A DNA stretch of 52,126 nt, counting the filler, from Catajapyx aquilonaris (lineage: Eukaryota): NCBI GenBank assembly GCA_000934665.2. It is 2 parts of 2 records of this genome, joined end to end, with 100 filler letters (N's around TTAATTAATTAA, not from the genome) between each part and the next. Parts side by side here need not be neighbours in the genome. Positions count along the whole stretch, not along the records: positions 26,049 to 52,126 come from JYFJ02005288.1; 1 more part is not named here. One strand, written 5' to 3'. The position numbers were made by a program, and so were the translations under genes. Positions 26,826 through 40,000 of the stretch are shown here, piece after piece. The notes beneath the pieces are model-generated. The model made no database searches. It had not been told where the DNA came from and saw only the letters and a list, made by a program, of their open reading frames with translations. How positions within the stretch are numbered: position 1 is the stretch's first letter; every line of letters begins with the position of its first letter.

Positions 26826-28797
26826 TAATAAACGGACGTTATCCTGTTTTTAAACGACGATTCAGAAGAAATATTTTTTATTATGTGATATATCAGAAGG
26901 TACGAGAAATCACACACAATTCCTTATGTATACACACCCACAGGTCACCCACACCGTCCGAGAGATGAGCCTAATGTGTATATAAGCGTGTCCACAAAAG
27001 TTTTAACGCAATGTCCTTCTCCTCCAGTTTGATATATACTCATGCACTATAAATATGTACATTTATTTGTGTATTTATGGATCTGTACAAAACAGGTTTA
27101 AAAAAAAAATATAGATCCAGAAAGTTCCCAATGGGGAAAATTTTAAAAAAAAAAACGGGCTCAGGTCAAGGGGCAGGAAATCACAAACAAAAATGCATCC
27201 CAAAAATTCCTGCTTGTCTGCCTGATGGGTGATAAAATATTATGAGATGTGACGGGCATGGCGTTTATCGTCACTGGGTCAGAGGTCACCGTCAGGTTGG
27301 CGGCACTGCTACGTTATAGCCAGGATTTTTTTTGTGCGTGTGTGATTTAAATTAAGAAAAACACGCGGACCGTTCAAATCTGATCTTGTTGATCTACTTT
27401 TTATACATGCAAATTTCATTGGCGTTATATAAATTTTCATAAACACCAGGCTATAATTTCGTCAGAAACGGCCAATTTGACCATGACCTTATCTATTGGG
27501 GCGGGGGTGGAAAGGGGGAAGGGGGAAGGGGGGAAAGGAGAAACACATTTGAATGGTATTTTGCACAATATTCAAGGATCTCCATTCTGTCAGGGTAAAC
27601 ATACTATTTCTATCGATAGAAAAAAAAAGAGCAATCAACCTTTGATTGCAACCAATCTGAAAGGCGCATTTAAATTCGTGGAGAGTGTTTAAAACACTAA
27701 TCAAAAGAGTGTGGAGTGTTTTAACATCTTTGTGTGTACATTTTTAAAAAAAGTAGACGCGCTCGACACGCGGTGAGGTGCAGGCGCCTATCGATTTAAA
27801 CGACCTCAAAACATAAGTAGCCTACAGTACAGTACTCCAAGCCAAAAAAAAATAATTAACAATCCACATGTTATTCGATTAATGCCAGATTTATCCAATT
27901 AGTTATATCAGCGTAAATCCAGATTTTTAAATATAATAATAACATAATTATTGCAACTCTTGACAACTTTTAAAAAAATCGTCATCTTTGGACCGTTGAG
28001 CCTAATGTTCCACCAAAACACTGCTGTAAACATTTTTACAAGCACCCAGTACTTTACATTTCTATGCAGGTTGTGTGCGCATTTGTATAGTCGTAAACGG
28101 TACTAGAGCACTACTTCACTATGTCACATGAGCTGCTGTGCACTGTATAAAAAGGATGGGAGACACACCAGGAGATAGCGCAAATGCTGGCCTTTGCCCT
28201 CCTGTTGACGAATCCTGAATGGATTGACCTTTTGGTCACAAGCCAGGCTTGTAGTGGACTTTGTTGCGGCAGCCTCAAAATGTGATGAGTGCCTCAAGAA
28301 GTTTAACAAATCCAATGAATGAGCAGAAAAAGGATCAGACTACCTGTGGTTGCCAATCTTCCAAATTACAATATGTAGGGCTCATTTTAATAATAGCTGA
28401 TTATTATCTGTAAAATTATGTATCCGTATATGTTTTCCCTGCAACAGGCCGAGATATCGCAATTGAAGTGAAAACACTGCCAAGTTAGTGAAGGCATTAG
28501 AAAAAAATTAACATAAACAACTCAAAGGGAACATCTTTATTGTAGAAGAACATGCATGTTGTTCACAACATTCTGCATTACGTCTTCACACACTTGTAGC
28601 CCATACTACGCAATGTTGTTTATTCAAAATGAAAGAAAGGAATAATTAGAATAGTACTGAAAAAAAAGCTCCTTGTGCTAAAAATGGCCAGGTGACATTT
28701 TAATGCCATTAATTCATAACATTTATTCCATCATGTCATAAGGAACCATTTGAACGTATTTATTATATTGACACAGTTTGCAAAACTTACGTAATTA

Positions 28798-31549
28798 CTA
28801 GAGGACCTGGATCTGGATTTCCACATATTCCTGATGTCCTACCTTCTTCCGATGCCGGTTCAATTCGCCTGTGCTTATAAAGCCTCTTCCACACAGCTGG
28901 CACTTGTATGGCCGCTCGGGCCGATGCACTCGCTTGTGCAGAAGCAGATCGGATTTGTACCCATAGCTCTTCCCGCATTCATCACACTTGTACTTGCCAA
29001 TATTATGGTTCACGAATCCATGCCGCTTGACTCTCTCTCTGGTACTGAAAGCCTTCCCACATATAGTGCAAGGAAATGGTGTCTCCCCAGTGTGAGACAT
29101 TGTGTGCACATCCAGAGAGTTCTTGATCCTGAAGCCCTTACCACAAACGAGACACAAGAATGGTCTTTCACCTGTGTGGATCATGAGGTGGGCTTGCAAG
29201 CTTGCCTTTGATGTAATTATCTTGCCACATACTTCGCACTCGTATAATCTTTTGCCAATGCGGCAACTTTTCCCTGTGCTTTTTTCTGAATCTGCCACAT
29301 CCCTTCTATTTGCGGTAGGATTCCTTCTTTTCGGACCTTCACTACTTGAATGTATCCTCTTTGAGTGCAATTCCAGGCCCGTCTTTCCAAAAAATGAATC
29401 ACCACACTCCTCACACTTGTATGGTTTAGTTTCTGGGTGCTGGGTCCTACGGTGCATCATATATGGTATTCTCAGCCGGAATGTCTTATGACACACGTTG
29501 CACTCGTAGATCTTTTCACCAGTGTGACCATTCCTGTGGTCAGTCATGGACTGCTTCGAAGAATACGTCTTCCCACATATATCACACTGATGAGTCTCTT
29601 TCGGGAAATTGGGATCATGAATCTGTTGGTGTCTACTCAAGTGTTGAACCTGTCGAAATCTATCCCCGCAAGTCTCGCACTGGTATGGCCTTTCCCCAGT
29701 ATGAATCATGAGATGTTTCCTCAGACCATATCTGGTAGAGAAAGTCTTGCCGCAATATGTGCATGGGGCTGGGTTCACTCCTTCGTGAGTCCCTGTGTGC
29801 CTGTTAAGTTTTCTAGCAGTGTCGAATTCTTGCCCGCATGTTTTGCACTTGTACAGCCTCTCCTCAGTACCGTGAATCCCTGTATGGCTGCTAAGTTTTC
29901 TAGCACTGTGGAATGCTTCCCCGCATGTTGTGCACTTGTACGGCCTCTCCCCAGTATGCAGCCTTTCATGAGCCAAAAAAGTGTGTTTCCACTGGAATAC
30001 CTTCTCACAATATTGGCAAGTTAGAATTTCTTGGCTGTAACGTTTTCGGTGATCTGCTGTCCTCTGTTGAGTCGGAACAGGCTTCTTCACTGCGGAAACA
30101 GGCTTCTTCACTGTGGAAACAGGCTTCTTCACTTCTGAAGCAGGCTTCGTCGCTGCCAAAACCACCTTGCGTGGACTAGGTTCTTTAAATTCTACCTGTA
30201 ACGAGAACAAGCCCTCAATGATATACAGTACAACAGCAGTAATACCTATCAGGGCATAAGAGAGTTACAATTTTTCTTCCACGTCCACTACGGTAGCCTA
30301 GACAAATTACGGGACAAACTGGCTCTCCCGTCTGTTGTCCAAAATAATCTTTTGTGATAAGCAAAACTAAACACTAATGGTGACTGCAATTTCTAAAAGG
30401 GCATGAAATATACATACCCAACCACATGCTTCACATTGATGCAAGTACTTTTCATTTATCTTGCAATTACCACCACACTCCTGGCAAATCTTAAATTTCC
30501 TATGTCTGTCGACATGTTTCATAATGTAATCCTTGCTGTTACTTGTGTAGCCGCAAGTACCGCAGGTGAAAATCTTGACCCGTCGGAATGGCATGCTGAG
30601 TTCTGAGGGCAGGTCGGGAATGCTGCCTGGTGCCTCCACTCTGATTGACTGACCAGGTTTGCTAAAATGTAGGAAAACATATAAATAATAATCTGCAGAG
30701 GCCTATAATTGTCATGATGCATTGCATCTAGGCATCAAACATACCCATCAGCAGTGTTAGACTCGGGAATCTTCAGGCCTGCTGCAGCAGCAATATAGCG
30801 AATGAGAGATGACTCTCTATTTTCAGCAGGTGCATCTTTAGTCACTTCTTCACCAGTTGTTCCAGTATCATTCGGTGAAACTAGTTTTCCTATGATTTCC
30901 TCTCCGACTGATTCTTCCGAGCTCCTAGTTGCTTGTGCGTCATTTGCTGGAGCATTTTCTTCTGCTGCAGGTGGTGGATCATTTTGCTTCACTGCTTGGT
31001 TCATCTGGTTTGGCAGCTTCCGAGTCACTGTAACAAATATTAAGATGGACTTTTGGTTGTTGACTCATATCTGTCAGGTAAGAAACACAACATGCAAGGT
31101 TCATTTGCCTCTCAAGTGAAAGTGATCCAATCAAACATTTGCGGCTGTATGATCGCATAATGAATATGTTCCGGAACAAATGGGATTATTTTTCATATTG
31201 CCTCATAATATTTGACAATATCTTCAACCAGACACCTTTGTGTAACTTCTTGATAGGTGCGTACCTCTGTGTGGCAAATTCTGCATGGGAAATGCATCTT
31301 CCTTGAGAGCCATTGACTTCTTCCCTGCATTTGTCCCTTTCCCTTTCTTTCGACTGGGCACAACAAAATCTGAGTCAAGGAAGTGCTCCGAGCAGACTTT
31401 GGACTCGTCGGGCTTCAGGATGGCAGACATCCAGAGGGCCCTCGTGTGTTGGTCGGATGGAAATGGGTAGAAAGTTGTCCCATCATTGTAGCTTCCATTG
31501 TGGTGAGGGCAGGACGTGATGCAGCACTTGTAGCGAAGACCTGTCTGGG
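28798..31549 (-). CDS. THAP-domain + C2H2 zinc-finger protein (gene B, ~14 fingers)
   Basis: Exons 31549-31265 (THAP: CCITSC...FP...W...VCSEHF...AFP), 31027-30745, 30661-30418 and 30195-28798 (13 C2H2, HTGERPY linkers). All junctions are GT-AG with phases 1,2,0 in frame. The start codon is uncertain; a candidate 49-nt exon lies at 31740-31692. Confidence 0.88.
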
Positions 31550-32489
31550 CTGTCAAAAGTACAACATTGTTAATATCAATTAGCACAAGTGTTTAACAGA
31601 ATGTCATTTCCAAAACTCCAAAAACCAATTTAAATTATTGCACGTAAAAACTCCACAAATGAGCTGCATAACAACTCTCTCTCTCATTTACTTGTTACTG
31701 GTAACTCTTCTTGGTTTCTACCAGGCCCAAAATACGGCATTCAATTGAAAACGTTTGAGCCTGCTGACTTCAAATAAGCGTTTCGGTTGGGCAGATCAAT
31801 GTAACGCAATGGAAATGCACAAATCATCATATTTATTTCACTATAAGTTGGCAGCCAGACATATATTTTACAAACGGTGCGCCGAAAAGGAATAATAAAG
31901 CTTAGCACACAGTCAGCCTTGACAAAATTTGCACACTGGGATTTTCTCAGTTGAAAACTATACAAAAACAGGCCTCATTGTCGATTGACAGGCCAGTGTC
32001 GATTAGTGGAATAAGATTATAATATAATCAGACATTATCAAACAATGTAGTAAAAATATAACACATTATAATAGCAACCTTTCACTTGCAACCTGTGCAA
32101 TCATAGCCTTGTTTTACAACTACAAAACCAAAAATTGGGGAGTACATTTCTTGCAAAATGGAACACAGTGAACCACATTTTGCTCATCAGAAATCACGCT
32201 CTCAGTGCTCCAAGCCTTGTGCACAGAATATACAACACAGCTTCAGCCTAATTATTACTTGAATAAGATAAGGTGGGAAGGGAGAATGTACGCTGTTTTC
32301 TCATTAAAATTACCACTCTAGTCAGCCAAGCAGGAATGGGTGCAAGTTAGGTCTTCAAAGTAGCGAATTCACAAAAGTAAACTAAACATGGATGGCCTGC
32401 ATTTATTCATTATTTAACAATGCCTGCTCTTTTGTTACTCTGTAAAATTTTCCATTTCAGCTGCAGTGAGCCGCAGGAGCAACAACAAT

Positions 32490-35400
32490 TCAACCTACAG
32501 ACATGTTAATAATAATCTCCTGCTCATTTAGCTCACCTATCTCACATTCCTCCTCACTTTTCTCCGCTAATTCTTGTTCTTTCTTTGCATGTAATTTCAT
32601 ATGAAGAGTGCATGCATTTCTCTGAATAAAACCCTTCCCGCACACGGGGCATGAAAAAGGGCGCTCCCCAGTGTGCACCATTCTATGGTTCTTCAGTTTT
32701 CCCTGCGACACGAACCCCTTGTCACATATGTCACACTGGAAAGGCTTTTCACCAGTATGAATCCGGTTGTGCATGACCAAACTTGTACTAGTCTTGAAAA
32801 ACTTTCCGCACGTTTTGCACACATGGGGTCTCTCCCCATTGTGAGTCCTCATGTGAGAAGTCAACTTCCATTTTGAGCCACACAGCGCCCCACATATCAT
32901 GCAAGTTAGTGGTGTCTCGCCTGCTCCTGAATTCTTCAATTCTTGATCGTGGGTCTTCACATGGTATACGCATGAAGATTTGTAAGTAAATTGCTTCCCA
33001 CACAAACCACACTCAAAGGGCTTCTCTCCTGCATGCATCCAAAAATGTTGCTCTAAAGAGGTCTTGAGCCGAAATTTCTTGGAGCATATGTCACACTGGT
33101 AAGGTCTTTCTCTAGAATGTGTACCTAGATGGGATTTAAGCTGAAACCTTTCACAGAAGGTCTTGCCACATATGTCACACTTGTATGGTCTCTGTCCGGT
33201 GTGGATCATTCGATGCCGAGCAAGCTTCGATCTTTTGTTGAACACCCTATTGCAAAATTCGCAGGTGCTCAGCTTCATCTGCCTAGCCGCATGTTGTTTG
33301 TTATGGTAAAACATACTTCGCCTGCTGGAAATTTCTTCTCCGCATGTTTTACACTTGGTTGGAAACCCAGTGTGGGTCGCCATATGAATTTTCAACATCC
33401 GCCTTGTTTGAAAGTTCTTACCACAAGTGTCACACAAGAATTTCTTACCTTCGGTATGCGTTTTGTTATGCATTTTCCACATAATTTGTGTCACAAACAT
33501 TTTGCCACATATTTCGCACATATAAGGTGGAGGATCCGCATTACTCTCATGATTTATGGCCATATGTACAGATAATTTTGATTCGGATGCAAATATTAAA
33601 CCACAAGCGTCACACACAAAACCTTTCTCTTCTGGAGTATGCTTATCATCACATTCGGTATGAATCTCACGTTTGCCACTTTTACGTGCGCCTTTGGCCA
33701 CTCGTTTTTGCGATTTCCTATAGTGTGTACTTCGATGGGTAGCCAAGCTTCTAAACTTTTCAAACGCCTTGTCACACACAATACATTTATATTTCTTCTC
33801 AACAGGTGGCTGATCCAGGCCACTCGATTCCTCACGTTCTGTCTGCTCGCTAGAACCTTGTGGAGGATCATTGACTGCTCTTGAAGACCTGCAAAAAGAC
33901 AATGGATATTCAGTATTCAAGTCATGAGATCAAAATGCTTGTTTTGAAGTAACAGATATTCACAAATTAATATTTCCTGTCCAGTGCAGTTACAGTTACT
34001 TAATGCAGTGTACGTAATCATTTGCAAAAAAAAAAAAAAGGCTCTCTATTATATTGACTTGCCACTCACCCATTCTCGTTTGTCACAATCGAAGTGTAAT
34101 CATGCTCAGTGCCTTCGCCTTGGATAATGACTTCACTCTGAATAATGACTTCTGCATTTTCCTGTTCATTTTCCGATTCATTTTCTGGTTCCTTTTCCGA
34201 TTCTTTCTCTGGATCCTTCTCTGGTTCATCCTCCAACTTATTTCTGATCGGCTTTGGAGAAGTTGTGCTGAGCTTAGACGGTTGCTCAGGAGCTTTGAAA
34301 ATAATTCCTTCTCTTGGTTTTTCAACCTTCTGAGTGTTCCCTGCTGCATTATTGCTTGATTTCTGTGGATTCTTCTGCACTTTGCTTGGCTTAGCTGAGA
34401 CAGAGTCCTTGTTGACAGGCACCAATGTCACTAAAATAAAAGAGTTGACTTGTAATTCAATGAATACAGAAACTCTATTTCGGAACAAAAATTTAGCCAC
34501 CCAGTAGCCAGTGCCAGTTTATATGGGAATCACATTTTTCACGAGATGGATTGGCAGCAGAGTTGGGCAAGTCAAATGTATTTGAAACATAGCCAAATCC
34601 AGTTACTGCTAACTAGTAAGCAGTACAAGCTATCACATTAAAAGGGAACGTTACTTCAAAAATACTTTCTAACAGTATAACAATTATTAAGGAAAGAAGG
34701 AAAATGCTTAATGATACAGTACATTGCCTTGCCGGGTAACAAATTAATTAAACTCTATACCAACATTGTGTACGCAAAACAGGATGAAACCATGCAATAG
34801 AAGGCATTTTTAGGAATCATGAATATTATCCAAAACCAGTTCAAGTGCATGACCTTACATTATTAGAGCACACGCTTATGGTACATTCAAAATTCACATT
34901 ATTCATAATCCCCCTCCATATGAGTACATTTTCATGACGGCACAAACAATTGCGTTGTAAAGATATCAAATTAACTACCAATGCCAACTGCCATGTGAAT
35001 CCCATCAAATTGGCACCGCATATCAAACAGGGATCTAAGTGACATGATCACTCTTTGAATCAGTTATGGAAAACTACAAAGTCAAATACACATTTTAGTA
35101 GCAACAACAGATAAAAATGCAGCTGGAATCACAGTCACTTACCTCAATTTTATGAATCTTAGGAAAGACGTATAATGCTTTCCTACTCCACCGTTACTCC
35201 ATTTATGATCAAAATGTCTCTTAGATCGCTGTTTAATGAGCATGACCTTCTTCAGGATGGGTCCCCATGTGATCTTCAATGTAAGATTGTTACATGATCT
35301 TCCTGCACGCATCCCCTCCTCAACGACTCTAGCGTGGGTCTTCCTATATTTGTACATCCTACGCCAAACCCTTTTCCAACATGTCATACACTCCATTGGA

Positions 35401-36634
35401 TCTTCCCAAAGTGTAGCTGTTCTACTGGCAAGAAGCTCCTGCCTCAGGTGCAAATATCTTCCCACACCGATGATTTATTATACAGATTACCACTCTGATG
35501 ACATCATATAGACACATCATGCACACATATAATAAGTTTAGGCCACCAATTGCCAATGGCAGTAAAAAACAACAACATTGACTGCACAGGACAATTTAAA
35601 ATTACATACATGCACAACAGATAATAACCAGGAAACAATATTTCACACATGTCTGCACAGTGGGAAGGGAAAAAAATGAAAGAAAGGTATGTCAGAGGGT
35701 GTGTGTTCAGTTCTTCTTACCAACTAAAATTCGGTGGGCTCAAACATACCAACTTGATGCATGAGTATGCATCAACACAGCTGCGTGCAAAATCTACTGC
35801 AAAATAGTTTTGCAGACATAACACTATTATGTGCCCAATTATACTGAAGAAAATTAGATTCCTTAATTTGAACTTCCTCAACCACGTCAAAAATATATTT
35901 GTCACATCCACAACTACACAGCTGTTTCACAAATCCTAAAGTTCGTGCTCGTTTCCACATTACGTTAATATTTCATTGCTGCTAATATGGAGCTTTCTAA
36001 CTACTCACTTTTTCAACCATGTGATCAGTGTCTAGCTATAGAAACCCTCATTTTAATCGTTATTAGTGATAACAGATGTGTTAGGCCAGCCGCAAACGAG
36101 GGGATTCCGGAGGGAAAAGTTGCCTAGCCCCTGCCTGAGCTTTCAGGCTTCACCCAAGTTTCAAGCATGTAAGAAATCTGGATGGATGCACAGGCAACTC
36201 TCGAATCCCCTCGTTTGCGGCGTGGCAATGCGAATATACTCATATACTCCAGGTATTTGCTGAGCACCGACAAATCCCACACCCATGAACCTACTCAGAA
36301 CCTCTGCTGGATGACGACATCCCCTTGGGCAGCCCATTAAGAAGATTCAACAGCGCTGCGAGCCATTACCTGTGTGAGGCAGCTTCTGGCTGGGAAACGC
36401 CTCGTCCTTCAGCTCCTTGGGCCCCCTCTTCTTCCTGGCATCCACCTCCGCAAAATCCGAGTCGACAAAGTGATTGGAGCAGACTCTAAACACATCCGGA
36501 TTGAGGATGGCCACCATCCACAGAACCCTCCGCTTCTGGTCCGCCGGGAAGGGGTAGAAACCGGTCGTGTTGTGGTCCCCTCCCTTGTGGTTGGGACAAG
36601 TCGCAATGCAGCACTTGTTGTACATGCACTCCAT
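32490..36634 (-). CDS. THAP-domain + C2H2 zinc-finger protein (gene A, 13 fingers, ~674 aa)
   Basis: Exons 36634-36370 (ATG, THAP: CCIATC...FP...W...VCSNHF...AFP), 34430-34070 (acidic linker) and 33888-32490 (C2H2 array). Phases 1 and 2 join in frame. A non-coding 5' exon donor (CAG|GTAAGT) lies at 36701. Confidence 0.88.
35150..35490 (-). pseudogene. Decayed C2H2 zinc-finger exon inside an intron of gene A
   Basis: One minus frame reads CGKIF...*...EKGL*...DACRKIM*QSYIEDHMGTHPEE, i.e. finger remnants with in-frame stops. Confidence 0.5.
36085..36226. mobile_element. Small MITE (Harbinger-like) in an intron of gene A
   Basis: Inverted repeats gccgcaaacgaggggattc ... gaatcccctcgtttgcggc. Confidence 0.65.
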
Positions 36635-36779
36635 GGCTATAATATAGGGTATGTACACAAAAGTGTTTGCCGCTCATGAACTTGCAACGCTCCAACTTAC
36701 CTGATCAGCCCTAGTTAGCCACTGTTAGTTCTAGATCCAGCAGTACTGGCTGGCCCTTCACTTTGTCTCTAGTTGGACC

Positions 36780-37072
36780 AGGGAGGGAAGGTCTAATTAA
36801 GGCAAGAAATGTAATTAAGGTCTAGTTGCACTTAGAACGTGGAAATGGAATAGAACAATAGAAACGCAGGCAGGCAGGGGGAAAGTGAAAGGGAGTAGTT
36901 CCCTCCGAGTCCACTGAGATGGCGCAGCTGCTGTTTGCCCCTAGCGGACAGTTCGAGAAAGAACTGGGCTCAAATTCAAACTTGGCCGCTATCTGGCCTC
37001 TTTGGTTGTGGGTGGCTGGCTGGACAACTCTGGAAGCGGCGAAGAAGAAATATTCCTCGACCGACAGAAATT
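36780..37072. promoter_or_regulatory. Putative bidirectional promoter between genes A and C
   Basis: Gene A's 5' exon donor (36701, minus) and gene C's ATG (37073, plus) are ~370 bp apart, head-to-head. The interval contains CTCF-like motifs gagatggcgc and gcccctagcgg. Confidence 0.55.
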
Positions 37073-40000
37073 ATGCCGAAGACGCCGGGAGGGATTATGT
37101 GTGCCGCTCGGGGCTGCAGAGAGTACTGCAGGAAATCACGTCTCTCGTTTTTCCGTTTCCCGAGGGCCCCAGAAAGGTATACACACTTCATACGTTCCAT
37201 ATGCTGGAAATACTTTGTACCGTGCAATATGTTAATAATGATATGACGTTCTATGGCAGATGCAGGGTGTGGTGCGTCGCCTGTGGAAGGAAGGATCTCG
37301 TGGGGAAGGATCCACTTCGTTTGAACCGAAGTTACCGCCTCTGCAGCTCCCATTTTGAGAGGTGGGCCTTTATGAACCCGGAAAGTCCCTGCAGCCTCGT
37401 CCACTATGCGTATCCCACCATCTTTTCCCATGGCGGAGGAACTGGTGGTTCTGGTGAGTGGTTTGGGGACACTACTGCACATTATTATGCGTATGAGCCT
37501 GGCCATGACGTAATCTATCGTGTTGAGTGTCAGATATAGTACTCTATTCAGGACTGACTCCTTGGACATATTTCATACTACACCACTGTAGTGGAAGAAA
37601 CAATATAAAGCAACTACAGCATTCTATTCATTTGCGGCAAGCACGTCGTACGGTACTGTGGCTCTACAGAAGCAACAAGTATGCATCAATAATAAATTGC
37701 ACACTCCAGCAGCAATTTAAACATTGCCAATTATTACTAAACGTTTCCATTATTCTAGATGAAATCATGGCACAACCTATGGATGAACCTGCGGCATACA
37801 CTTGGGATGAACCTGCACCACAACCTACGGATGAATCTGCAGCACAACCTACGGATGAACCTGCAGCACAACCTAAGGATGAACCTGCAGCACAACCTAA
37901 GGATGAACCTGCAGCACAACCTAAGGATGAACCTGCAGCACAACCTAAGGATGAACCTGCAGAACAGCCTACGGATGAACCTGCAGCATGCCTTTGGTAT
38001 GAATCTGCAGCACAACCTACGGAGGAACCTGCAGCATGCCCTTGGTATGAATCTGCAGCACAACCTACGGATGAATGTGCGTCACAACCTGTGGATGAGC
38101 CTGTGACGCAACCTAAGGATGAAATACGGAGGAAGCGTGTGGATGTGGATGGACCTTGTGAGGCACTACCAACCACTGCTGACCATCAACTGCCTACTGA
38201 TTCCCTGCTGGCTGGCACAGGTGCAGTAATGGCATATATGACTCACACTTGAACCTTTGCAGATATTGTAAGGTGTTCATATTCTGCATAGGCAATGAGG
38301 TGTCGCACGTTAAAGTAGAAATCTTAAACTGTAACGTAACGGTACCAAAAAAAAAGAGAGATCTTGATGCACTTAACGTTGATGATAATCCCAATTGAAA
38401 AAATTTGAGAGTCACAATAGGGATGTAAATATCCACTATATTATTTTGTTATGGACTGGAAATATTTAGCCAAAAGGCCAATTGTTGCAAGTACAAGAAG
38501 ATCACATAATAAACATGGCATGATTGCGCCTCACATTCCGATCACACTCATTTAGTTGGACCCCTGTCCGTCAGAGGACAGGAGCATTGTCTTGGAGTGT
38601 GGTGGCGACACCAGACGCAGAGCGGCCAGTTCCCACACTACTCGGCTGGTCAATATTATTTTTAACCGTCGCTGGAACCTGTGGCTGGAACTGTTGTGGA
38701 ATAATTTTGGAATATTTCGACCCACCGAAATATTTGGGGGCTGATATTTCCTGCAAAGTTGGCCCAGTAAGCATCCCCAGCCGAATATTACCAACATGGC
38801 AACTGTTGGGCTGCGTTTGGCCCAGACTAGGCCTGGCTTGGAATCATTTAGACATGTTGCATTCCGCTTGATGCTCTCTACTTGTGGGTAATGGACATTA
38901 TTTCACTTGCAGGAATGGGGGGTCGCAGCAAGTGTTGCATCGCGACGTGTCCCAACCACTCGAGAGTGCACCAGAGCGATGCCAGCGAGTTCTTCTTCTT
39001 TCCGTCTGATCAGAAGCTGCGGGTCCTCTGGATGGTTGCCATCTTGAACCCGGACGTGTTCAAGGTTTGCTCCAGGCACTTCCTCGACTCTGACTTTGTT
39101 GAGCCTTACGGTTGCAGGTACGAACCCAGTGAACCCAGGCATAAGGTGCTCAAGCCTGGAGCCTTTCCAAGCCAGAAACTTCCGCACACAGGTAAGGTCA
39201 GGGTTGTCTGAAGGGGAATGGTGAGAATCAGTAATGGGAAGGAGTATTTGGTCAGGTTTTGTGGGGGGGTTTCGCATTGTTCTTGTCAATTTTTGGAAAG
39301 ATTGAAGGCCTAAAACAGCCGTTTATGGTAATCGACTGGTCCGCATGCGATGAAAATGCATTTTGTCATTTATTTCGCACCAGGAACCATCAATTTTCGT
39401 GCATCATACACAGTTGCATATGTGAAATTATGGTTATGCAATAGTCCACTATAGTATTACAAGAACTGATAAAAATTTGCAGCACACAAATAATAGCCTT
39501 GACTGTAAAGTACAAGTCCAGCATTATTTTCAGTTGTTTGATCCCTGATTTGATTAAACTTGATTGCAGTGACCCTGATGCAAACAGCACCACCAGTGAA
39601 AGGGACAAAGCCAAGCCCTGTGTCGCCTGCAACGACAGTGACTTCCAATGCACAAGTTACCCGTTCAAATGAGAAAGCGGCAAATACCAGTCATATCAGA
39701 ATAATAGACGAATCAGTGTGTCAATTGACCCCTGCAGCCTTCAGATTAGTTGGCAAGCAAGAATGTGTACCGTCAAAGGCTAAGAAAGTGACACTTGTAC
39801 AGAATGAAGTTAGATTATGTAGTACTGGAGCAGTTTCATCAGAAGCTACAGGGAAAGTGCTGCAAATCGCAAAGTGTCCGGCTGGTAATGGGTATGTATT
39901 GTGTGACACCCCACTTCACAGTGGGTAGGTATTATGTTGACACTATAATTGAAAGGGATGTATTCAGACGGGGCATGTTGTGGGGAAAACATTTATGCCT

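Noticed and set aside
28834..30179. Antisense and alternative-frame ORFs over the zinc-finger exons (also at 32673-33884, 37664-38176 and 47147-51368)
   Set aside because: Shadow ORFs of repetitive or GC-rich coding sequence, with no independent domain signal.
37073..37453. THAP as part of an autonomous P-element transposase
   Set aside because: No P-transposase catalytic domain or TIRs follow, and the exon splices in phase into the ZF gene.
36919..37539. 206-aa ORF as a stand-alone gene
   Set aside because: It is the read-through frame of gene C exon 2. The THAP domain is complete only after splicing 37176 to 37260.
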